From Raillietiella orientalis (taxonomy: Eukaryota): DNA of 38,910 bases. The notes beneath the pieces are model-generated. The model was not told where the DNA came from. It did no database searches and saw nothing but the letters and a program-made list of their open reading frames with translations. The stretch is from positions 1-38,910 of the forward strand of contig JAYWIR010000182.1 in the NCBI GenBank assembly GCA_036172245.1, written 5' to 3'. The position numbers were made by a program, and so were the translations under genes. Shown here piece by piece: positions 20,229 to 31,300 of this stretch; within the stretch, counting starts at the first letter, position 1, and every line of letters starts with the position of its first letter.

Positions 20229-22650
20229 GCTGATGCGGGAGGTGGGAGATGTTCCTGCTTTTTTCCGCTCAGCAAAGGAGCGGCTAATGCCGAAAGGCGG
20301 GGATTTGCTCCACCTAAGCAACTGGCGTCCGATCACCTTGGTGAATTCGGACTTCAAGCTGTTCTCGAAACTTTGGTTCGCGTGGCTGGACAGAATCGCA
20401 GAGTCCTTGGTGAGTCCGGAGCAGAAGTATGCTGTTCCGGGGAGGTCCATGGACGCTAATCTCTTCTTCGCTCGATCATGGTTCAAGTTGCAGGAGCGCG
20501 TGGCTTAGCAGGGACAGGCAACCGAAATCGCCGCTGCCAAAGGTAAGCGGCGGTGTTCAAGGCACGATGGAACGTCGGGGGCTTGGCGGTCCCCTTTGAT
20601 CTCTGCAAAGCGTTCGACAGCGTAATCCAGGACCTCCTTCTAAAGCTTCTGGGACGCCTAGGCCTCCCTACGCATTTCATCGCCTACTTGCGCTCCTGCT
20701 GGCGCCACGCGTTATGCTGTATCTCTTTCAGCGGGCGCCACGTGTACGGCATTCCCATACGGCGGGGTATCAGGCAGGGAGACAGCTTAAGCCCTCTGCT
20801 CTTCAGCATCTTCTTTGAGTTGGTGCTGAGGGCGTACAGGCTGACGCTGGCCAACCTGCCGAGCTCCTGCCCGGGAACACCGGCCGTGGCCGCCTATGCT
20901 GACGACCTTCTCCTGCTGCTGCCCATGTCCACCCCGGCGTCCAGGCTCGAGGACCTCTTTGAGTTCATTCGTCGGGGAGCGGGCCTGAGCGTCAACAGGA
21001 CGAAATCAACCGTTGCAACGGTTGGCTCTACGTGGGAGGGGCAGCCCGACTGGATCCGCATTTGGATCCCCACAGCAGGTGCTTGAAGTACCTCGGCGTT
21101 CCCTTGGGCGCCTTCTGTTTAGCAGAAACGTGGTCGGACTGCATTCAGAAGGTCGAGAATGCTCTGGGCCCGTTCCAAGGCGGCAGTTTCTTCCATTGAG
21201 AACGGGCATTCGTGTGTAACATCTTCGTTGCCGCCCTTCTTTGTCCCCTTTTTTTTTTGTCCCCCTTCCTTCTCGGCTAAGCACCGGGAAGAGCGCCTGT
21301 TACGAAACGCCTTGTGGAAACCGGCGAGGTCCAGGATCCGTTTCAGGGACTTGGCGGCTCCTCGGTATGTTGCTGGATTGAAGATCCTGACCTTTGACTG
21401 CTTGTGTAGTTCCGCATGCTGGCTCTTTGTTCCCAGCTTTGGACTACTCTCTGGTGTGCCCCAGCGCGGCTGCTGCTACGGCGCCGCACGGGTGGCGACT
21501 GACAGCATTGGTTGCACCAGTGCACAACGCGCATCTTGGAAGGATTCGGTTACCCTTTGAAACAGCTCGCCTCGCTTCTGGGAATGCACACGGGGATCTC
21601 CTCCCCGACGACGAAGCTCAACGCCTAGAGGCAGGAATCCTTATCGTCCTGGTCAGCGCAACCTGTTGTGTCACGTTTGGAACTCCGTTGTGTGAACTTT
21701 TTCCCATACTCTCCAGTGGGAGAGGTGTTGGAAGACTAGAACCAGCGGACAAGCTTAGGCGCTATGCCATTCGCCGAAGCACTGTCTGCACTGATGGTGC
21801 GAGACGACAGTGATTTACCGGATAGGTGGGAGTTCGCTTGCAAAATTGCAGGCGAAACCGGACCGCTTGGCGGCTGGCGGATTTACAAGCTGGCACACGC
21901 TGCCACACATCGCTTTCGTGCCAGGCGACATCTTCGGCATAGCGAGCTCCTCTGGGTGCCAACCGAAGAACTTGTGGTCTTTTCTGCGTGTTTGCAAGCG
22001 ACTTTCTTCCACCTTCGTTGGTAAGATGGCGCATTTCTGCTGGTGCATTGGGGTCTTCACTGCAACCAGCGCGCGCACCTGGTTTCCGAAGGATTTGCGT
22101 CCCCGAACTGTGCCAAATGCGGAGCGATGGAATCGCTTCCGCATTTGCTGTCTAAATGCGGTGCCCTCCAGGAGCTGCGGCGGCGGTTGTCTTCATCATT
22201 TCTGCACCCCGAACGCTCCAAAAATGATTGGATGCGCCGCTATTCCTCGCGTGGCGGTCTTTGTCTAGAACCGGTCATCGCAATCATCTACTGCGTTTGC
22301 GCCACTGTCACGGCCCGCCACGTATTCCAGATGCGAGCAGTCCCATCATAGGTCCTCGAGACGGCAGCCTGCAACATGCAACTTGCTGCCGAGTGGCCAC
22401 ATCTTGAAGCGGAAGTACGGAGATTGCAGGAATTCACCGGCAGTTCTGAGATTAGGAACGGCTAAACTGCATACGTCGCCCTCCGACTTTATTTATTTAT
22501 TTATTGTTCCCTACTTGCCTTTCCAAACTCTCAGTGTGCCCTGCCTGAGTGTCGTGTACACGCTTTCCCATCTTCTGTTCCTCTTACCTGGAAACACATT
22601 TCCCTCATGATTTCATTCTATTAATAAACGTCCCGGCGCAACCGAGTAAT
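20229..22650 (+). mobile_element. Copy I: 5'-truncated LINE (RT to 3' end), degenerate
   Basis: PKGGDL..NWRPIT, KAFDSV, GIRQGDSLSPLLF, YADD (20895-20906), finger CAKCGAMESLPHLLSKC. Terminal aataaacgtcccggcgcaaccgagt at 22623-22647. Confidence 0.9.
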
Positions 22651-22669
22651 AAAAGACGACGCTGCAATC

Positions 22670-24185
22670 TTTGATGAGCGCGCTACGGTGCTCTTCCGTC
22701 TTCTGTTGGTAGGCCAGTTTCATCTGTTTGCGATCCACCTCGTTCCACCTCATTTTTTTCTTTCCCGCGCTCGTCGCTTTTTCGCAAGAAGTTCAGGAGG
22801 CCTTTTTTGCACAGTGTTTGGGGCAAAGGAGGGTCCCGTGTGTGACTTAGAGACTTGTGCGCCCCACGCAAGGACGATGGACTTGGCCCACTTGCGCTAA
22901 AGCGCCTGGAACCGCCACTTCTCTTCAGGACTCTCACCCTTTCGGCGGAACTGTGGGACACTTTGTGGTGCTTTCCATCATGCCTCTTGGCACAAAGAAC
23001 CTCCGGATTCGGCGTGCTTTCGTCGTTTCTGTCAATGCACTACCGCTCACAAACGCATTGCCTCTTTCATCTGCACCGCATGGCCTTTGTAGTTCGGGAG
23101 AACGTTTGGATCTCGTGCCTACTCGGTAACGACTCTGGATGGCTACACGAGTCAGTTTCCACGTGGGAAAAGGTCTACGTTTTGGCAAGCACAATAAACA
23201 CTTGCCTGGAAAGACACGCCCCCTGGACGCTGCATGAAATTTTGCACTCTCACGTTAAACTTTTAAAGGTTCTCATTACCCCATTTGCCCCAATGCTGCC
23301 CTTCCTTGGGAACTCCAGGAACAGCAGCGAGCAATAGAAATGGAAAGTGTTTTGCACCATGGACGACAGAACACAAGTGAGAAAGGCGTAAACATCTCGG
23401 CAGCTGAGACGGCAAGTGTAACGCCCAACGGAATTTTATGCTAGAACGCGCTATTCGGACTATCTCCGGAGGAGATGAAGTGGCCCTCGGCGTCCTGGAA
23501 CAGTGGTTCTTTCTTTTTGAAATGGAAGGAGGTGGCGCTGCTTGTTTTATTTTGGGGTTTACACTTCAAAGCACGCCTCTCTCACTGCACATGTGAGTCT
23601 GTGGATACACCTTATGATCTGTGTGGTGAAAAAGGAATATTTTCCCACCTTCTTGTGGACTGCATCCCCTTTCGCCCGCTTTGAGTTAGTCATTCGACGA
23701 TGCTGAGCATTTCCGGAGGCAGCCGCAGGGATATCTTCACGCGCCTGTTCACGAGAGTTGGCCTTCCTCCAGACGCGTTTGTTGCAGCGCTATGTTGCAT
23801 TTGCATAATCGTGTCGACCTGGCACGCATCCAGGAGAAGAGGTCGAAATGGCAAGGATGCCATCCATCGGTTATGCATCTTTGTGCAGAGCTTTTTCAGG
23901 TAACCCAACTTGGACGCTATCACAACGCAGTTTGCTAGGATCCTAAACAGGAACAAAGGGACCCCTAGACGCGCACTGTGATTTCTTCCCCGCCCTCCGA
24001 TACTCAAAATGCATTTGCCCTCTCCACGTTGGAACTATTTGTTTCTTTTTGTTTCCTTCTTCCTAGCCCCTCGCGATGGAAGGACCTTGCCGATCGAACA
24101 CTGGCAAGCAGCAGGCTGTCTTGATGTGGTGAGCCCTTGGGTTCACCATGCGTAAATTAACTGTATATTTATTTGAAAAAATAAA
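22670..24185 (+). mobile_element. Copy J: older degenerate 3' third of ORF2 plus 3' UTR
   Basis: ORFs 22855-23337 (LCAPRKDDGLG), 23475-23684 (MKWP..CGEKGIFSHLLVDC) and 23700-23903. ORF2-end context ctgTGAtttcttccc at about 23978, then a T tract and AATAAA at 24180-24185. Confidence 0.82.
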
Positions 24186-24189
24186 TGGT

Positions 24190-26600
24190 CCAACATATGC
24201 GGGTGCAATTGGAGAGGCTCACTCGCGCGACAGGCTTGCCGGCAGCGAGGATGCGGCCTACGAGTAGGCGGTGGAAGAGCTGGCAGCAACTCTCGTCGAG
24301 CTTCAGAACGCCTCGTGGAAGAAGGTACGTAGGCCGGCACGGGCAAAAGTGGCCACCGCAGGTGAGTCCGACCTGCAAGGCCGGAAGTTTGTTGTCCTCC
24401 TCGGAGACACCTTCGCGGAAATCAGGATGGAAGTCCGAGAAGACGAGGAGGTGCATTTCAGCTCCGAGCGTCGGGGATGAAATGGAAGCCGTGGACATAC
24501 ACATCAGCGTGAGAGCCCAAGACTTGGATCTCCCGCGCGCGAAAGCCGGCGAGCAGGAGATTCCCATAGTGAGGTGTGTGCAAGGGAGAGAAGCACTCCT
24601 GCATGCGCCGAGCTGAACAGTCCGCATCCATGGAGGTGGGCGTACAGGTTGGCGAAACACCACCTTCGTGCTAGGAGCCGGAGACGTCCGCACGTATGGA
24701 GGAGGGTAAGCAGATGGGCGAAAAGCCACCCCCTTCTAGAGTCCCGCCCCATCAGGTGACGGGAGCTACACCGCCAGGTTCCGATGCATAAAACCTGGAC
24801 TCGCCTGTCCCCGTCAGATCCGCGTGGCCTGTTGGAAAGTCAACGGGCTGCGCAACCATGGCAAGAGACGTCACACAGCCATCATCCGGCGTGACTTCCA
24901 CCTGGCGCTCCACCTGCAGGAGATCCACGAGATCACCGTAGCAGACGCCCAGGCGTTCAAAACTTTCTCGAGGGATTGGTTTTACTACGGATGCGGCGCC
25001 CGGAACACCTGTGAGGTCGTGTTCTTTGTCGAGCCAGCCTTCGACGCTGCCGTTGAGGGCGTGAGCTTCTAGGACGACAGTCGGGTCGGCCAACTGACTC
25101 AACTCATGGTCCGAATCGATCGACCTCATCGTCACAAACGCTATCAACGTCAGGCGGAATTTCAATGATCTGAATGTGTTGCAGAAAACCTTTGATGGCG
25201 ACTGGCTGGTGGATACGGACGTGCGGAAGAACCATCTGATAACAGAGGAATTCAGTGTCCGCGCTCGAGGATTCCTTTGGTAGCGTGAATTGCGACGCTG
25301 TGGGACTAGCCTGCAGCTGAGCGGAACGAAGTCTGTTCATCCTTTTTATCGACTGCACGTGAGCTGGGTGGCTGGACTGGATCCGATTGGGAATCCCCAC
25401 GGGTAGGTGCTTCAATTATGCTGGTATTTCGTTAATGGAGTTCGGCACAGCAGGAGACTGATCCGACCGTCTCGAAAAATCATCGTTGGCGATCGATTCG
25501 TTGCAAGAAGGCAGGTTTTATTTGCAGGAACGGGTGGTGGTTTCAATCGCGTTTCCGGTGTTCTTCTGCTCCCTGCTTTTTGTTTGCCCACCCCTTACTT
25601 CATGAAGAGGAGAACAGCAGTCCTCCTGTAGACATTCCTGTGGGGCAAAGGGAGTTCCCGCTTGCGGTTAAAAGACTTGCGTGCTCCACGAGGGGACGTA
25701 AGAATTGGCCTCCTCAATTTGGAGCTCCAGGAGCTTCGGCACCGATTCCGGACTCTCGCCCTTGCTCGGAATTCTGGGACAAGCCTTGGTGCGCCAAAGC
25801 AAAGCACTTATTGTAACGAGCCTCAGGATTCGGAGGACGATCGCGTTTCTGGAGAAGCGCTGCGGCAGGCTCACTCTATGGAGACCGCAGCTGCAGCGAA
25901 TGGAAGTTGCGTTCCGGGAGAACGCCTGAATCTTCGATCTTCCCGGAAACTACTCCGCATGTTTGTGGTAGTCAGTCTTCAAGTGAGAAAAGATCTACGT
26001 CCCGAGTGATACAAGAAACAGTTGCCTGAGGAGGCACGCTCGCTAGACGCTGCAGTAATTCGTGCAATCCCGAAACAAGCTTCTGTGGGAGCAGGTAATC
26101 CCTCATGTTCCAGTGCTGCCTTATTTGGTGTACTTTAAATACAGTAACAAGCAGTGAATTCGGAAAGTGTCTAGCTTCATGGGCACCGGGACGCCATCGA
26201 TACAGGCGCGAGCATCTCGGCAGTTAGCGGAAGCTGCGACCCCGTGTGTCCCGCCCTATGGACTTTTACGTTGGAACGAGCTACTCGCATTACCTCAGTA
26301 GGAGATGAAGTGGCCTCGAGCGTGCTGGAACATTGGCTCCCTTCCGCCGAATTCACAGGATATGTCGTTACCAGTTTTGCACTGGAGACTACCCTGCAAA
26401 GTACGCTTCACTCACTGGACTAATGGAAATGAGGATACCCTGTCTGCACAGTGCGTATACGAGGGAACTTTCCCCACTTTCATGTGAACTGCATCGGTTT
26501 CTTCCCCCTCTAGGATGGTTTTGCTGCAATCCTGAACAAAGACGAAGGCACACCCAGGGACATTTTATGGAGACGTTCCTTATGTACCTCCGTGTCCTGT
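24190..26600 (+). mobile_element. Copy K: highly degenerate, internally deleted LINE (ORF1 tail, APE N-half, post-RT region)
   Basis: EELAATL and MEEG-like repeats, WKVNGLRN..LQEIHEIT (24824-25072), a jump at about 25260 to LRLKDLRAPRGD (25662), and MKWP..LHWRLPC (26305-26487). Confidence 0.78.
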
Positions 26601-27374
26601 TGCAAATCATCATGAAAACCTGATACATGGAATTTCGCAGCTTTCAATTACATAGCGAGTCTCAGAATTTCAGATGACTTGATTGCCACTATGATTGGAG
26701 TAAACTTCTTTACCGGTCAATTGAGTTCAAGAGAGCGCCACTTTTATACACCAGAGTAAAAACGAAATACATTTTCAATTCCACTATAATGCTCTCTAGT
26801 GTGTGATGAGCTCTTTGAGGGAGCCGCTTGATGATTGGTCATTACGACTGCATAGAGTTATGCTTCAGAAACATCGACTTCTCTAATGAGACTTCTTCAG
26901 GCGGAGCCCTTATCTCTGCGTAGGTGGCTCCTAACATCTCCGGTTCCCACCAAGATTTCGTCACTTTACAGTAGGCATTCTTTTGGTGAAAACGATTGTA
27001 AATGCGCTGGCAAAGCAATGGTTTCTCTACAAAAAGTAACAGTTGAATTTCGTATTATTCTATCACCACTAGAATTCTCAAGACGCCTTGGGAAAGCCAA
27101 TTTCAAAAATTGCTAATTGCACTGAAAAAATCGGATTCTTTTACTTGCAAGCGAATATTTTAAAGGCTGTGATTTTGTCAGTGTTTTCTTGGTAAAATGA
27201 TGAGGTCATCATTAAACCGTCACCTTGCACGACAAATAATGACTTTCATGCATCACCACGGTACAAGCAGCAAGTAGACATGATTATTAGTAGTATGTTT
27301 ATTTTCAGTTCATTCCTTCACTACAAGCCAAAAAACATGAAAGGCTGTTTTCTCTACTCATGATTTCGGTTTCC

Positions 27375-28327
27375 TTATATCTTGTTCGTTTCCTTAAATA
27401 GCAAAAAGCTAATGGAATCTTTTTTAAACGTGCAATTGACAAAAAAAGGCGTTGTAGCCACGAGGATCTCTTTTTGATTCGCATTTCTGAAAGATTGTTT
27501 TTAAGAAAAAAGGTTTCCTTGCGATTGCAAAGTGGTTGCGCATTTTCAATGTTGCTCACATTTCTGAAAGCTCATTGGATCATTTTTGTGGGAAGGTTGC
27601 CCAAACCCTCTCATTAGTTTGCGCATTTTGGACGCGAAGTACAATGGTTTTGTGCAGAAAACTAACAATTTCCGGAGACTAAGAAAGGTAGCGCTGGGAA
27701 ATTAATCATCCTTAAAAGGTTCGATTGGTTTCCGAGTTTCGATGTTAAATGATGCAACTGCGACCTAAGTCGAAACCGAGCGTATTCCTTTGATGCCTTA
27801 TTAATTTGTCGCAGATTCTTTTATCCAGGCTGGCGATTATGTCGTCATGGAAGCAGCGGAAAAAGGGGAAGTGTAAAGAGTAAGTGCATGTCCAAATCAT
27901 AAGGAAACACGGATGCGTTATTCATGCGGAAGGGGAGTTCATGCCAGAATGCTTAATAAGGAAGGCGTCTTACTCGATTTCTGGTGTCACATCACACTTA
28001 ACTTGTCCACTAATGAAGATAGGAGTGATTATAACACTGAACGCAGTTCCACAAAATGACTAAGAAAAACAATGTAAACTTTCTGCATGTGCACTGCCTT
28101 CTTACCGTCACCGTAACTGAACAAGAGTGCGTTTGAGGTGTAGGCAACTTATCCGAACTCCATGCTACCTCCCACGGTCCCGATGAAGATGCTGTCACTA
28201 GGGTGAATGAACACTTTCCATTGGGATCCGAAAACGTGAGAGCTTTAATGATCTGGCGATACATCAATGCATTCCCATCAGCGTTGTTCATTTTAAGGCA
28301 GAGAACTGCCATCACCATAAGCAGGCA
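27375..28327 (-). CDS. Probable spliced host gene encoding a small, Cys-containing, possibly secreted protein; 3' exon structure uncertain
   Basis: Exon 28327-28106 (tttcag| ... |gtaag, phase 0), a 46-nt intron 28105-28060 (gtaag...ttttcttag), and exon 28059-27974 (|gtaag, phase 2) join in frame: CLLMVMAVLCLKMNNADG...HSCSVTVT-SFCGTAFSVIITPIFISGQVKCDVTPEI. A tttcag acceptor near 27487 gives the terminal exon ENANQKEILVATTPFFVNCTFKKDSISFLLFKETNKI* (stop 27375-27377). AATAAA at 27298-27303. The function is not recognised. Confidence 0.55.
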
Positions 28328-31300
28328 CTGAAACGTAAAATTTGTCAAAACGAAAATTTTCTACTATGTTGTGCATGGCAGGCAGAGGTCCGGATTGGAC
28401 GCTGGGAAAGTCAATCACTATTCTCGCCTCGATCTCAAATGCACATGGAAACTCTCGAAAAAAGGGAGTTGCGCTCCGACATAGCAGAAAGCCCAATCGA
28501 TAACGTGATTGCTTCAATACTTCCCGTATTTTGAATAACGCGTGTTGTATCTTCACCGCTTTTAGCATTTTCACATACACTAAGCAAGGATAAGCTTAAT
28601 TTTTCAAGCCTCGAAGTTTTGTTGTTCCCTCGAAATAGCTTTGACAGTAATACATGGAAAGCAAATATTCCCGTTGCTCCCATCCCCTGCTCTTGCATAC
28701 AGTCCGAGTGTGTTTTCGACGATGGGGATATAAGGTAAAACCTCGCACGCGGTCAACGTGTGCCTTACACTTGCTCCCAATGATGAAAGGTACGGAACCG
28801 CAGAATAGAGCGGCATTTTTCAAAACATCGCCTTCTAATTGTGAAACACGAAACTGCCATTTCTTCGTTAGCATAGGGAAGGCAAATTTCCGAAAATCGC
28901 GAAAGGGAGCGTTTCGCAAGAGCATATTCCCTGGCATGCATTTTCCAAGTTGCGGTGTCCTGGTTTGCATTCGGTGTATCGCAAATGTTCACCATCAAAA
29001 CTTTCTACTCGCACAAAAGTTTGTTTGAATTATCTTAAGGGATTTCCTTCATTATAACTTCCTTAAGAATTGAGGATTTGAAAGAAGTTAGCACATACGC
29101 ACATTTAAAATCATCATTATACCCAAATTCTTCTAGACTTCCTTTTGTTGTGTACTGCAGCCTTAAAAGCAAAAAGAAGAATGCACTCAAGTATTAGAAG
29201 AATTGAAGTTCCTTTCTTAGAATCGTTGAGGAGTCGATCAATTTATAGTTGCTCGAGGGAGCACAACAGGCGAACCCCTTGCGTAAGTACCGCAATATGG
29301 TTGTTGTCAAAACACAAACACATCATCTCCATGCATGCTAGCAAATTTCTCAGAATTTCTTTTCTTCAGGATCGAAGAGAAAACTCAAGATTCCTCTTCA
29401 TGAGCTGCGTACACCTCTCATGCTTGTGAGCGCTTATGCATGTGTGGTCCGCTGCGTCATTTCTCCCTCATGTTCGCGGAGAGCAGCAGCCAATTCGAAG
29501 CTGCCGCGAAAGGTAAAATAACAAATTGGAGAACTCTTTTGGGAAAGAAAAGAAAGGTTTCACTGCTGAAATGGATGTTGCGAGCATCCTTCTGTGCGCT
29601 TTGTCCAGTTTTCTTTATCTCAATTTCTTAGGCTTACTTTATTGTGAACAGAGAGAGGCATATCGGGGAAGCCGTTGATCACTACTAGTAATATTAAGAT
29701 ATGAAAACTTTGATTCCGGAAATACTGCGTACTAATGAAAAGTGAGGTCGAAGCAGGGTAAGGAAAAATAGGTTCAAAGGTGAAAACAAGCCTAAATGTG
29801 ATAAATAGGAGCTTCAAGATATGGTACGTCGCTTAGCAATTTGCCCAAAAAGTTGAGCTGAGGATTATTATTGCGATGCTTCCATACCAAGAAAGTAGGA
29901 AATAGGCAAAACCATGATGTGATTCCCCCACTTGAGCAGACAGAGAAGTATAAAGATGATACTGCGTTCAAAAGTATACTTGGTTGCCTGGAGGAAAAGT
30001 GCAGGGGAAGAACGAGCTTATAATTGCGTTTATACAATCAACTGGTTTGGTTGTTTACTTCCCAGCTGCTTTAGCTGATGTTGGATAAAAATCGTTGAGA
30101 ACAAAAATGGTAATAAGAAAGAAAATAAGATGAAAATTGTCTATGCCACATAGAGCGAAGAAGAACCACAAATAAACCTCTGAGAAGGATATTCTGAACT
30201 TGGTGAAATTCAACATTCTTGATAATGTAGCGAGTGATCCACCTGGATTCGGCGGTGTTGTCGACGGTAAGTGAAATGGTTTTCTCGTGTTTAACCGCAG
30301 AAAGGTTCTTCACCTTGGTCGCTCACTCGATCGTTTATGCAGAATCTCATTCAGCGCAGTGGAAGGCAATGTGGGAAAAGTCTCAAGCATGAAATATTCA
30401 TACCAATATACAATTTTTCTTTACGACTCCCCAAACAAAGGAGAATCTTCGACTGAATAAACACGCTATTTAAAATCTTCAGAGCGCTTTTATCCGGTAA
30501 AACAGCCAGTAAATACCAACTCGCGGGGAAAGAAGCTCTAAAAATCAAAAACAGGTGTGGCTTTGGATTCCCATGGGAAATTTCTCCGTATCTTGTCAAG
30601 CATACTCAAAGGTCCAAGCAGATTGAAATTAGTTTTGTTTCATTCATAGTCAGAAGAGCGGAACAACAGATGTTTTTGATCGCTAGGGCTTGCACGTTCC
30701 TCTTTCTGCTTCCAAATCGCTAAACAAATGGAAAAAGGCTAATACAAGGGGAAGAAGGTTTCATTTTAGTTTCCATAGAACGCATTCAGCCTCTCTTGAA
30801 GAAAGAATGATACACGGGGTTAATCGACATTTCCGGAATGCCGACTCTGAATTCTCTGTTTGCCATTCTGATTTATGCAGCAATACTGGATCTCCATCAA
30901 GCGAAAGACGGGTGTATTCTCTTGTTGCACCATTGATCATTTGACTGATGTCCTTTGGAGCCTTTGCTGGTCCTTTGGAAAACTTATAATTAAAGGGAAC
31001 ATCCACCACCTATTGCAACCGGGGCTAATGATTTTGCAATCCATTTTATGCGTTCATCATTTCTTAAGTCGGTTAAATTGTTGTCCAACTTCGTTCCAGG
31101 ATTTTGAAGTTTTGCATTGTGAAAAAAATTTGAGTCAGCTTTCCACGGTATAGCACGTAACACCTCAGGAGCTGCATTCATGAAGAAGCTAAATTTTGTT
31201 CAGGGAGCTGAAAATCCATGTGCGCTGCAAAAGATGCAATTATTTTCATGTCTATTCCCAGCCTCTTAAAGAAAGGAATGCTTACCGGCAATTGCGGCAT

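Noticed and set aside
1..26600. Telomeric retrotransposon array, or Tx1-style insertion into tRNA, snRNA, rRNA or microsatellite targets
   Set aside because: I saw no telomeric repeats, RNA genes or microsatellites at any junction, and orientations are mixed.
30761..31181. piggyBac transposase or DNase II remnant
   Set aside because: I considered both, but no diagnostic motifs (DDD/RRTRRW or HxK/DHSKW) are present.
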